Assembly: GCA_012295275.1 (NCBI GenBank)
Contig: CM022666.1
Location: forward strand, 5,642,001-5,706,000
DNA from: Chrysomallon squamiferum
Lineage: Eukaryota; Animalia; Mollusca
Direction of reading: 5' to 3'
Length of the DNA stretch: 64,000 bases
Positions 27,725 through 44,900 of the stretch are shown here, one piece after another. Positions within the stretch are counted from its first letter, which is position 1; each line of letters begins with the position of its first letter. The translations under genes and the position numbers were made by a program. The notes beneath the pieces were generated by a model. The model was not told the origin of the DNA. It made no database searches and saw nothing but the letters and a program-made list of their open reading frames with translations.

Positions 27725-29489
27725 CGCATATCTGATGGTAATCTAGACAGCAATCGTGGTAGCGCCTGCACGCGTTGTTGCACTGGCAGCTCTTTGACGT
27801 GTCCAGAGGCGCCCCACATCGTCCCACACAAAGATCTACAGCTGCAACAGCGAACACGACCCGGAGGTGAGAATAGGAAATTTAAAAGGAACAAGATGAA
27901 AGTAAACTCGCTTGTATGCGTTTCAGAAGAAATCCATAAAATCCGCAGATTATCAAGATATATACCGTATATACTTGTGTACAAGGCGACCTTATGTATA
28001 AGTCGATGTGTATTTTAAGACCAAAAATTGCCTCATTTTAGGTATTAGTTGTGTATAAGTCGACTGTAGATTCCAGGCACCGTCACTATTTTTAGACCAG
28101 TGTGACAGTGCCATGAAGGCCTACATTGTACGCCTACTGTAACATAACTTGCACGAGCTGTAACTTGCACGAACATACCATAATAACGTAAATGCATGTA
28201 TTACACGAGCTATAGCCTAAATGTATCATAAATAGTATCTCTTTAATGTAATTGGTCTAACATGGAGACCTAACTTACCGTTATATTTAGCCGTTCTATA
28301 ATTTCCAAAATTTGTCGGTAGTGGATATTAATGACGATTGCAATATTATTTCACCAAATTCTTTACAGTTAAACAAGTGAGTTTTGTTTATGAAATTAGG
28401 ACCGATATTTAGTGCAATTTGGCAGAGAAGTCTGCATTCCTAGATCATTGCAAGACGCCGTAAGGCATAACGCCGTACTGACGGTTTTCTCGCTTTAAAA
28501 TGTATTTTTATGTCATTAAACGGAAGAATATCATGTTTTACATTCATAACTGATTTTGTTATTTAATTTTTCAAAATTTTTTATACGATAAATTATATTT
28601 TTGAAAAGCTGAAAGACCGCGATTATTTTAGATGCATCCCGTAGCAAAAAATAGTCAAAATGGCGACTCTTCAGCAACAGCTACAAAAGCATTACCTATG
28701 CATAAGTCGACCCCCAAAATATTACCTTAATATAGTCTCCCAAAAATTCGACTTATACACAAGTATATACGGTATATACATATATATGTACACACACACA
28801 CACAGATATATACGTACATACACACACACATATATGGATAGATACATACATAAATACATACATATTTATACGTGTGCATATACTTATGTGTATGCATGTT
28901 TCCATTTCGTAAATTTTATCTTTACTCCCTGCAAATAGTTCTGTTTTTTTTTTTTTCTCTCAAAAACTCCTAGTGCTGGCACGTTTTACATTTACACTCC
29001 TCAGCATCCCGCTTTCCCTGTCCTTTTTAATACATGCCATATACTGTTTCCACATTATCAACACCAATTAATCACAGCTGTTAAATTCATTAGATACATA
29101 CATGCATACATACACACACACATACATACATACATACATACATACATACATACATACATACATACATACATACATGATTGCATACGTAAATACATACATG
29201 AATACACATATACGTACATGCCTGTACATTTACACATTCATTTATACGTACGTACTTGCATGTATAAATATACACACACATATACACACACACATACGTA
29301 CAAAACCCCACATACAACCACCATACATTCACACACTCATATCCAAGCACACAGTGACAAAGACTGTACTAACAATGTTAGATATCTAACACTTCAAAAC
29401 GTACCAGAATATTTACACTTACCGATAAACCCATGGACTATTGACACTTGACCAAGCAGTAACAGAACAATTCCTAAACACGTGTTCAT
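27725..29489 (-). pseudogene. Truncated EndoU duplicate: signal-peptide exon (29489-29423) and SMB exon (27841-27725) only
   Basis: Near-identical to 54640-54574 and 52951-52835; homology with intron 2 stops at about 25781 and no catalytic exons are seen downstream. Confidence 0.8.
27965..28772. mobile_element. Non-autonomous Tc1/mariner (pogo/Tc2-type) element in EndoU intron 1, copy A
   Basis: TIRs CCGTATATACTTGTGTACAAGGCGA / TCGACTTATACACAAGTATATACGG, TA on both sides, internal GTATAAGTCGA repeats. Confidence 0.85.
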
Positions 29490-29598
29490 TCTGACAGCCT
29501 GTTACAGAAAGAATGTTAAGAGTTCAGCAACGTTTTATAACGATTTCAACGTTAAGGTGACCTGTACCATGAAAATACGCATACATTCCATGCAAATA

Positions 29599-29639
<41 letters not shown>

Positions 29640-30459
29640 GATGTTACTTGATCACTTTCACAACCCTGTAGAAAAGACACTTTTTAAACTATTAATGATT
29701 AGATGACGTATTTCTTTTCGTCATTGTGTCTTTTCGTCACATTCAGAGAGATTTAGACAAGGAAACAGCTCTTTAATACCTTTTTATATGTCAAGGATTT
29801 TATGTTTTGTTTCCCTCTCGCCGTTACGTCATAACAGCTAAAACTATTCACCGCAGTATCAGTATTAGTTTATCATCAGGGAAGTAAGTCATGTCACGTG
29901 ATTTTTTTTTTTTTTTTTTTTAGCGAACGATTTAAATGTTTGTTTTCTCAAAGGACTTAAGGTACCTTTTCACGGACCATGACACGTAATGACTTACCAC
30001 TGTTTTCTTTCGTCACGAACTAAGCAGATGTCATTTTTTATCTTATTAAGGATTGCCCTGGGTTGTCGTTGATTAGTTTAGGGGTGTTTTTTTGCGTTTT
30101 TCTTTTCATTTATGTTTTTTATTTTTTTTTGGGGGGGGTGTTGTTTTGTTTTATTTGTTTTGAATTATTTCTTTTTGTGTCTATTTTATTTTGTTTTATT
30201 GTTGTTGTTGTTTTTTAACCTCATGACATCATGAACTCAAAATATTACATTATGAATGAATGATGAACAAAAAGATTTTAAAATTTGATTTCACAAACCG
30301 CAGCTGCAACAGAAACAACAACAACAACAACAACAATATCAACAATAACAACAATACCTACACTAATTTTAATTATTAATCAAAAAAAAAAAAAAATATA
30401 AACGATGATGATGATGGTATGATAATAGTATTATTAATATTAATATTAATATTAATAAC

Positions 30460-30514
<55 letters not shown>

Positions 30515-31003
30515 CAACAATAATACATTTTTAAATTCTTGTTACTGATCCAGTGGAAAGGTAGTTTTTCTTTGGTCTATTTTATGTATTTTGTACTTTA
30601 TACCTACGGTGACCCATTTACATATCACCCCATGGAATTTTATCTTGTATATCGCAAGAGAATGACCTTGCATTAGATTTGATTACGTGTCTTGTATCAG
30701 TGGTTCCTAACACTTTATCTTTCTACGTTCCATTCAATATAATTTTGAAGATTCGGCTTCTTATGGTTATGTCCAAACTAAATCTGTCATCAAACCTTCT
30801 GAACACTAGGGCTGGTAGTAAAATGATTTTCTAGGCCTCTTTTGAAAATCATCTCTCAGACTATTTGGAATTAGTTGTTAGATTGGTTATTTTGAAATGA
30901 TATGAAATGAAAAAAGAATGCTCTTAAGAAATAATAATAATAACAACAACAACAGTAAATAAATAGAAAAATAAATAAATAAATAAAATAAAATAAAGAA
31001 ATA

Positions 31004-31412
31004 CAGTGGTACCTCGACTTTTCCGAGTTACGAGCATTCGCCCGGTCGAGTTTTTGCTTTGAGTTGCGAGCTAAATCCGAGTTGCGATCTAAAATCAGTT
31101 ACGCCGCCACTAGTTGGCGCAACGAAAAACATAACATCCGGCCAGCATCCCGCGTATCAATCGTTATACTTGACGTGGTTACCATCGCCGCGGAATCATC
31201 TCTGTTGTGTTCTGCTCGCGTTTTGTGCAGTATTTTGCCATATTTTGTTTTTCTGGCAGTGGATCCTAAGAAAGTGAGTGCAAAGGTCAGTACTGAGAAG
31301 AAGAAGCGGATGATGTCCATTGAATTAAAGCTTGAATTCAGAGAAAAACATGAGCAAGGAATGTATGTAACCGAGTTGGCTAGCCAGTACGAGCGTAGTA
31401 CTTCTACGATAG

Positions 31413-31448
<36 letters not shown>

Positions 31449-31601
31449 CTATGTTTGTCATTTATGAATACATTTTTCTTGTTTAAAAACACATAAAAAA
31501 AAAAAAAAATGGGAACGGATTAATTGTATTTCAATTAATTTCAGTTGGAAAAATTGATTTATACGAGCAATCTGAGAAACTCGTAAGTCAAGTTACCGCT
31601 G
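31004..31601 (+). mobile_element. Internally deleted Tigger/pogo transposon with N-terminal CENP-B/psq HTH fragment, copy A
   Basis: TA-flanked TIRs CAGTGGTACCTCGACTT / AAGTCAAGTTACCGCTG; peptide DPKKVSAKVSTEKKKRMMSIELKLEFREKHEQGMYVTELASQYERSTSTI typical of Tigger transposase starts. Confidence 0.88.
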
Positions 31602-34290
31602 TATTTTAAAACAAAGACAACAAAATATAGTACAGTATGTTGAAGCCCGCTTTAAATTGGTCGCACTGATATCCATATAAAATAAGACTTACCATCCTTC
31701 TTCTGGAACAATTGGTCATGAGTTAATACCCTTTACAATATGGAGATTTGATCCCTGATTATCACCGAATTTTGCGAACTAACCCAGTATTAATAAAAAA
31801 AATTTAATGAATAAAATTTAATTATGGATAGATTTCAAATATGGTTTATTTACAATTCTAATATACAGCTTTTTTTAAAGGATAAAACTCCGAGTTAAAT
31901 ATCTCCACCTATATATCACAGATATCCTGTACTATCAATAACTAGCAAGCAATATCACTTCTGTTTATCATTTAACCAGAAGACTTGACATAATCGTAAC
32001 TACATTGAGGCGATTGAGGCAAATGCCGAGAGAAACGATATCCGTTGAACGAATTCGCTTATATCTACGATTACCGTTGCGATGAAAGACATAACTGACC
32101 TAAAAAAACCAGACGTCAAAGAGATATACTGAACATCTGATGATTTAAAGTATACAGTCTCCTTTTCACACGTTTCAGTCTTAGCCCGTTTCTCGCCCTG
32201 ATGAAATGTATACTGTCATTTAGTGTCACTATAGCGCTCAAGTCATATCTCTGAAAAACTGACCCCTCGCCCCAATTTTTTTGCCCCGCTCCATCGGCGA
32301 TTAAGTGTTTTTGTCTCATTTCAAAAAGAGTCCAGTTAAACATTTTGATTAATTTAACGTTCGTTCATTTATCCTTTTAAATGTTTTGAACGCCAGGAAA
32401 ATTAAATATAACAAAATCTTAGAGTTTTATAAGTTTATTAATTCACAACACAATATTCAATACAAAAGATATTATAAATGATTTAAGCAAAGAATTTTTG
32501 GGGTACTTTTTAAATTATTATTTCCATTACAATTTTTCACACAAAGGGATTATTTTCTGCAGCATGATTTATTTAAAAAAAAATAAAGTAAAAGACAAAA
32601 CTAACCAAAGAATATAAAAACCAAATTGTGTTAAAACAAATACATAAATAAATTAGAGAGACTTCAAATGTTAATTTAAAACAAGGATCAGCAAACGTTT
32701 TAGACAATCAACCTTTTCATGAAATTCTTGATCTCTCATTAACATACAAAATAAATAAATATATATTATAAATAATAAATTTTTGTATTTAAGTATAATA
32801 ATTTCTTCACCCTTTTCCTTCATAACTGAGTCTCAATAAGATTAATTTCATCTTTGTATTTGAATTGTCCCATTGATTCCCAGGGACTGCTACTTACTAG
32901 TTGCCAACCCCTAATTAAATAGAAATCCCAAAACAGTATAATACTAAATGCCAAAAACACAAAAAAAATAAAATAAATAACGAAACAAATTCATAAACAA
33001 TATAAAATACTGAGTCAAAGTTATAAGTCAAAATACATGTAATTAATAAAATATTAATGCTAAAGAAAAGTAAAGAATCAAATAACAACAATAAAATGAA
33101 CCACCATAAATAATAATGAAACAATTATTTTTCTAAAATTCATTTCTAATGCTCTTTCTGCTAGAGGACATTATTTACTAAAGAATCCTGGGAGAAAACT
33201 AACTTTTTCAAGCGAATTGAGAACACATGCAATGTCAGGTGTTTCCTTCAAACAGTTATAATATTCAAATTGTGTGTAATATACAGCTTAATACTATTTT
33301 GGTAAAGCTTACTTTTAACATCATCAGCTACAACAACAACAACAGCGACAGCAACAAAACAAAATATGAAATACGGATAAGTATTTCAAATTAATTTTCA
33401 AGCTTTCCGATTTTTTGATGTTTTCAGGACTATATACAGATTCATTTACGTTTAAAAGAAACCAAAATAATCTATGATTAAATAATATTAATAATAAAAC
33501 AGCCAGAACAGAACTTAAATAGTATTTAAAATAATAATAATAATATAATAAAAATGACAAGTGAAATACAGTAGCAATAACAAATAACTGATATTACAAT
33601 AGAAAACAAAATAACAACAACAGCAAAAATAAATAATTAAAATGAATCAGAATACAAAAATGAAAGATTAAAGTGAAACAACATCAAAAATTTAAATAAC
33701 TGGTGAAACAATAATAACTTCAAACATGTTTCAATTATCCTGTTCTGCTGAACTGAAGCTTATATCAAAACATAAATTTTATAAAGCCTAATCATAAAAC
33801 TGAAAAATAATTTCTAAAATAAAAAATTCTACTATTTAAATGAAATAAATTTACAATTAGATATTTAACAAGTGTGTAAATATTATCTTGGCTTTGATTT
33901 TATCATTACATAACAAAAATGTTATTCTTTTTTTTTAAAACAATTAATTTTCATTTAAAAAAATTTCAGTAGAGATTTGAACATTTTTATTATTTTTTTT
34001 TTTTTTAGCTTGGTATATAAACAAATTGATATAGTATTTTTAACAAAAAATTGCCTGACAGAAATGTGAAGAAGATAGGCTTAACCTTTATTATGGATAG
34101 GAATAAAATATTTCATATCCATGTCTATGTCCATAGGTATATCTATATCTATATCTCTGTGTGAAGCAAAAGTTACAGAATATAATCAAGGTTAAAAAAA
34201 ATAAATAAATAATAATTAAAAAAAAAATATCTGTTCTTTGTTTCATACAAAAGCCAAAAACAACATGGACTTTGAGAATGAACCATTTTT

Positions 34291-38269
<3,979 letters not shown>

Positions 38270-38857
38270 CTGTAGTAAACAGATGTGAACGATCAGACAT
38301 GAATGAATGGATGTGAATAATGAAAAGAATAAAGAGAGGGATGATGTAAGGATAAATTTGTTGATGACTGCAACAGACGAATGAATGTGGAAAATGAAGT
38401 ATTGATGAATTTAGAAGAATAAGCTTTGTGTGTATATAGATGAATGATTTGATAAGAATTAATGAATATGAAAAATGAACATACGTATGAATGTGAATGA
38501 ATGAATCTGTATGAATAAATACAATTAAATTAACATACATAAATGAATATGAATATATAAATATAGATGTATATATATATTCATATTCATTTTATATATT
38601 AATTTACATATTAATACATACATACAAACGAATACGATACGAATGAACTAACATATGTTAACTAATACGAATAAATGAACATGTGAATGAATGGTATATA
38701 GAAAAAAACAAAATCATTAATATGTAATGCTATATATTGGTTTATTTCAATGTCGATGGTACATCAGAAGAAAGCTTTTAAATTTCGCTGCATGCTATTT
38801 TAGGTAAATGAATACATTTTTACCGTTCCAGCAATACGTAACTGAACGAAGTACCAA

Positions 38858-39057
38858 NNNNNNNNNNNNNNNNNNNNNNNNNNNNNNNNNNNNNNNNNNN
38901 NNNNNNNNNNNNNNNNNNNNNNNNNNNNNNNNNNNNNNNNNNNNNNNNNNNNNNNNNNNNNNNNNNNNNNNNNNNNNNNNNNNNNNNNNNNNNNNNNNNN
39001 NNNNNNNNNNNNNNNNNNNNNNNNNNNNNNNNNNNNNNNNNNNNNNNNNNNNNNNNN
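38858..39057. other. Assembly gap (200 N)
   Basis: Run of N. Confidence 1.
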
Positions 39058-39390
39058 CACTATTCTTCTTATGGGTCACGTCAAGTTAAGTAATTCTACG
39101 TCATAAATATTTAAGGATAAAGTAGAGTAATCTGAAAGTTGCTTTTTTTTTCTTTGATAAAGTGTGTTGATATATTATTTTGTTATATTTTATTTTATAT
39201 TTTGTTGCTACGTTTGTTGTTATTATTATTATGCTCTATCAGTCTATGCGTTATGTTACATCACATTACTTTACATTAAATTACGTTTATATAATATTAT
39301 AGCATAACTTTGCTTGGTATATTATAGAATAACAGAATGTTCTTTTTAAAAATATAATTTTGTGTAGCATAAAGTCATACTGTCAGACAT

Positions 39391-39425
<35 letters not shown>

Positions 39426-39725
39426 TTCGTGCTAACTTATTATTATTATTATTATTATTATGATTATTATTATCATCATCATCAACATTATCATCATCAC
39501 CATCACTATTACTAATACTATTAAAGTAAACGAAATATGAAAATATAATTTTGTTTCCTTTGCTCTCGTGTTATCTGAAGACACATTTCGTCAGATATTA
39601 TAAGCGGACAATTCAATACGTCATTTCATTATAGATGATTATAAAGATTCATTGTATTAACTAAATTAATATAACTGCAGATTTTTTGTGTCATATTAAT
39701 GAAATGCAATGATTATATATATAAA

Positions 39726-40022
39726 TAAGTTGAGAAGCCTTTATCCGAAATGCTTCGGACCGGAAGTGTTTCGGATTACAGAAGGCTTAATATTCTGAAA
39801 GTAAGGAGACGGCCTAAGTATAGGATCTAATCCTAAACACGAATTCCATTTACATTTCATATACTGTTTAAACAAGTAGTCCTCATGGTTTATTATCTTA
39901 TATTTTTAATAATGTTCAGCATAAAATAAAATTTGTATATGCAAAACAACCCGAGAGCTATAAGATATCACTATTTCTGCTGCTCAGAATTTCTGAATTT
40001 CGGATAACAGATCCTCAGTCGG
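39726..40022. mobile_element. Decayed Tigger4/Zombi (MER46)-like MITE
   Basis: GTTGAGAAGCCTTTATCCGAAATGCTTCGGACCGGAAGTGTTTCGGATT start and inverted TTTCGGATAACAGATCCTCAG end; resemblance to the MER46 consensus is from memory. Confidence 0.65.
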
Positions 40023-40026
40023 TGCG

Positions 40027-40077
<51 letters not shown>

Positions 40078-40890
40078 ATATATATATAATTTTTTTTCCC
40101 CTTCTTCCTTCTTTTTTCCGCTAGAAAATAATGAACTGAATGAACAATGGTACCAACAAGGAAGCTTAGGGTTATAATTTATTTTGAGAAAAAATGTAGG
40201 AGAAAAATTTCAGAGGAAGTGTTTGGTTTTTTATGCCGCGTCCCATAGACGTAACAATAAGTGAATTGTTGTGGAGATTCAAACAATCAGGTATTTGTTG
40301 TTGCTAGTCCAGACAAATATTTTCGTATGTCTCTAAGTCTATTGTCAATGCTGCATAAAAAGTCATCAAGTTAGAAATGTATACATCAATTATCTTGACA
40401 GTGGTAGTATGTCTTGTGGAATTAGAATTCCTTTTTAATCATTTTTCAGCTTCTTCTGCTTGTTTTTATTATTGCCAGTAGAAACTTTGCTATTGTTCAC
40501 GATGCTATTGTTGATGTTCTTGTTCTTGTTGTGTTATTATTTTCATTATTAACATCAGTTTTGTAGTAATTTTCTTGTTGTTGTTCATGATGGTGTTGTT
40601 ATTGTTTGTTTTTGGCTGTTGTGTTGATGTTGTTGTTAGTGTTCTTGTTGTTCTTCTTTTTCGTCGTCGTCGTCTTCTTCTTCTTCATCTTGTTATTTTA
40701 ATTACTATTAATAGTATGTGTTGATGTCACCAACAATACACACTATTAAAACTAATACACGCATGCAGTAAATATGTGAACTCCTAGGCAATTACCTACA
40801 TACCTATACGCGTACTATGCACACTGATATACACAAACACACAAACTGACATATATCTATACAGACATATATAACATATATGAATTCTCC

Positions 40891-40930
<40 letters not shown>

Positions 40931-41270
40931 GCAATAAATAAATAAATAAATAACAAAAATAAGAACTTTATAGTTTTGTTTATTTATTGAAATATATCGC
41001 ATATTACAGCAGTTTTTAAGCTAGTATTAAAACTGTACAGGTTTTTGCCAAAGCTATCAAACTGATGAAACTATTACTCGGTACTTTGTACATTTTATCA
41101 TATTTAGTAATTTAGCATTTACATAATTTAACGGTAAAATAATCAGAATTATAATACAATATTCACTGAAAAATCACTGGCTGTGATTTATTTTATAGTT
41201 TTAAATTAAGTATTCTGTATTAATTTAGAAGCATTATGTGGGTGCAGTCATGCGTATCTGTGTATATGTG

Positions 41271-41380
<110 letters not shown>

Positions 41381-41480
41381 TATGTATGTATGTCTATGTG
41401 TGTGTGTATATTTATATTTTTACGTATTAATTATTTACTACATTAATTTAACAGCGTTACACCGCAACGAAATCCAATAT

Positions 41481-41900
41481 TTAAAACACCGTGTAAGCCG
41501 ATGCTATCTGAATGCCGCTGATGTGGGTCACGTCCCATGTCTGAATGGAGAAGTCGACGTTGTTGAGTTTGAAATGACAACGTGAGTTTGGGTGAGATAA
41601 AATGCAAATGGTATCCAACGCCATCTCAAATTCGGGACTGCTGCCAACGAAAAACGAATCTATCTTCTTGTAGTGGTTGCGCCAGTTGAATGTGAATTCT
41701 AGAAGATTGGGCTAAAAGAGAGTGAAAATGACAGGTATTGTGTACACGCGCATAATAATTCGTTTCTTTTTTAAATATGTCGAGGACGAGTTAAGAATTT
41801 CTACTGAGAGAGTAGAATTAAGAAAAGAAAGTTGTTAAAATGTTTATTGTTAAAAACGGAATTAACGATGGCGACAGTAACTAAAATAACAACAGCAATG

Positions 41901-41933
<33 letters not shown>

Positions 41934-44900
41934 GTAACAACAACAATGATAATAATAATGATAAATAAATAAATAATGATTATATCTATAAAACCAAATT
42001 ATTATTCTTGTCGTTTTTAAAGGCTTTGTTCTTCTTTTTTTATTTTTTATTTTTTATTTTTTTTTAATAATGTTGATGATGACAGCATTCGTTATTCTTT
42101 TTGATGTTGATCATTGCAGCTTTACTTATCTTATTAATATTTATTGTTGTTATTATTGGTGTTATTGGCTAACCTTATTCCTTAACAAAACCCAATTATT
42201 CTAAATAGTCTACCCTCAAAAGAAAAAGAAAAAGAACCCAACCCATGACACACCTACGCCCACCAACAAACAAGTTCACACTTACCCCGTTTTGTTTCAT
42301 GTAACCTAAATAATTGATTAGTCCGTTTTTCTCCTCCAGGTAAAATCTAATCCAGTTGTGGAAACCTTCGACCGAAGAGCCCTTGTACTCTCCTACGAAG
42401 ATGTGTTCGAAGGCGCTGCTGTCCGCGGGTCCGTGCGAACTTCGTCCGTAGGGTCTGAACCAGAGGGTTTCAATTCTGTGTCTGAATGCAGCTTCGTCGC
42501 CGGTAAAAAAACCTTAAGAAGTGAAGACTGTGTAAGAAGAAACCTATGACATTTGTTATTACTAGTCCAGACGAATATTTTCGTATGTCTCTAAGACTAT
42601 TGATAATGCTGTGTAAAAAGTCATCACGTTAGAAATGAATAGTTAAGAAGTGAAGACTGTGTAAGGAGAAACTTCGGACATGTACTGATGTGTAAAAATT
42701 CTTACAAACCCACGATTTATTGATTTACACACTGTACGTGTATATACAGACTTAAACACATGCATGATTGTACTTGTAATATAGAGATAAATACACACAT
42801 TTATGGTGTCTCTATATACGTATGTGTGTGTGTGTATCTCCATTATCATCACAGTTATTATTACTATTAGTAGTAATAGTAGATGTAGTAGTAGTAGTAG
42901 CAACAGTACTGCGTTTGTACTGCTATTGTTGTTGTCGTTGTCGTGTTTATTGTCGTTATTTAATATTAAATTTAGATATAAGTATAAGTATTAATACTAG
43001 CTCCACAATTAACAATGAACCCACAAATCAGAGAGAAAAAAATAAAATAAAAAAAATTATTTTGATATCCTTAAACATTTGTTCCTTCGGCACAAATTAT
43101 TTAAACTCCTAGAACATCATGTCTAAGAAACTTTACATCACTGCTAAATCTAACACTGATACATGTACACAAAGCTGTTTAGTTCTTAAGTTTACTTACC
43201 ATTATGGTTCAGAAATGCGTAGGTAATTTTCATTACGTCAGTCGCCATGATGACGTCGAGAAAATGGTTTATTTCCGTCTGCTCGTTTTGACTGATAGGA
43301 TCTGCGTGGCCTCGATTTGGATTGTAATTGTCCAACAGAGCAATGAAAGCTCTGTAGACAGGTCGCTGGAGTCTGTTCTGGTTGACTCTAGCAAACAGGC
43401 TGAAAAAAATAATAATAATTAAAAACTGTAAATGTTACGGCAGAATAAATAGTGCAGGGTTTATTGAGTCAAGCTGTTTTGGTGTCTTAGTTTCTCTCTT
43501 TGTTTCCGTTGAATCTCTGACTCAGTCGATCGCTATCACTCTTAATTCTTTTTTCTCTGACTGTTTTTATCTGTTTCCCCTCTATCTGTCAGGATGTCGC
43601 TTTCCCTTTTACTGTAGTAATTTCTCTTCTTCTTTTCCTCTCTCTCTCTCTCTCTCTCTCTGATTATTATATCATTTTATCATTATTTATATTGCAAAAC
43701 TTGAAAACTAAGTAATCTGATAACCATCACATGCACACACAGACGTACATACTATAAATTATAATGAAGATGATTACAAATAAATAAATAAATAAACAAA
43801 TAAATAATGGACGCTTAGGATACTTACTGTTGACTGGAAACATCATTTCTATTTCCGCTACTTGTCTTTGAACCGTAGTTCAGAGTTATTTCCCCTGAAC
43901 GAAATCTGTCTTGATCTGCGTTCCAGAGTGCGTCAGCGACTGTCGACATAGTAAGAGAGTTGGCGTTGGGAATGTGTCCTGGATTGGATGTGTGCGGACT
44001 GCTGGTTACTACGTTTAAATCTGTAAGTCAGACAATGAAATAAAAAAAATATACACGAACTTAAAAGTTTTGATGTCGATCTTGACAAAACCAAGTTTTC
44101 GTAATATTTTCTTCCGTCCGAAATCATTTTCTGAGATTACATCCTGAAGTTAATCTGTGTATAGACGGCATAATTCCAGGCCCATGAAACCGATGGTCAA
44201 AGATTCCTAATGTCAGATTTAATATTTGATATTACCTTCCTTTTTCGCTTATACATTATCAATACATGCACCAATATTTTTTTTAATGTTTTTTTTTTTT
44301 TTTTTTTTTATTATTATTTTTTTTTTTTCAGCCGGGGAGGGCGGTAATCCGTCCTTGGATAGGATAAATTTGTCGTGTCTCTAATTGAAAAGACACTTTT
44401 CGAAAATAAATGATTTACCTTAAAAATAAAATGCTACATATCCTCCTCATATTCAACTTCTGATCACTGGCCTGAAACATAACCAATGGCGTTAATTTGT
44501 CCGCTGTGATAAACAATAACTTCCTTATATCCCTTATCAGTAACTTTCACGAATGCATCAATATTTAAAAACATTTCGAGGGGGGAGTGCATATCCCCGA
44601 ACACTCTAGCAACTCTTGCCATTTGAAGCCTTTAAGTCCACCCCAGATAAATTTCTGCTTGTAGGCCTAAATTATGTACGTATCGTACAATGATCTAAGC
44701 CTGTTTCGATATTTCGTGAGTTTTGATAATCGAAAAAATATCTTGTATATCCTTTGAAAGTCGTCGGATCAAGTTCAATACATTCATTAATGTGTAATTT
44801 TATTTCGATCATTTCCATGTATGTAAATTTTGAATAGCGCTAGTACAAAGTCTAGGTGCTCCTACGTCACACTTCCTGCGCTCATTGCTAAATTTCGTAG

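Noticed and set aside
27357-27857. Single-exon SMB-transmembrane protein
   Set aside because: A strong donor follows the SMB exon; the hydrophobic tail is intronic simple sequence and the catalytic exons exist for copy B.
29090-29451. HT/CV/YI-rich ORFs and other poly-I/N/K/ER ORFs across the window
   Set aside because: Products of (CA)n, (TACA)n, (TAA)n and (GA)n microsatellites.
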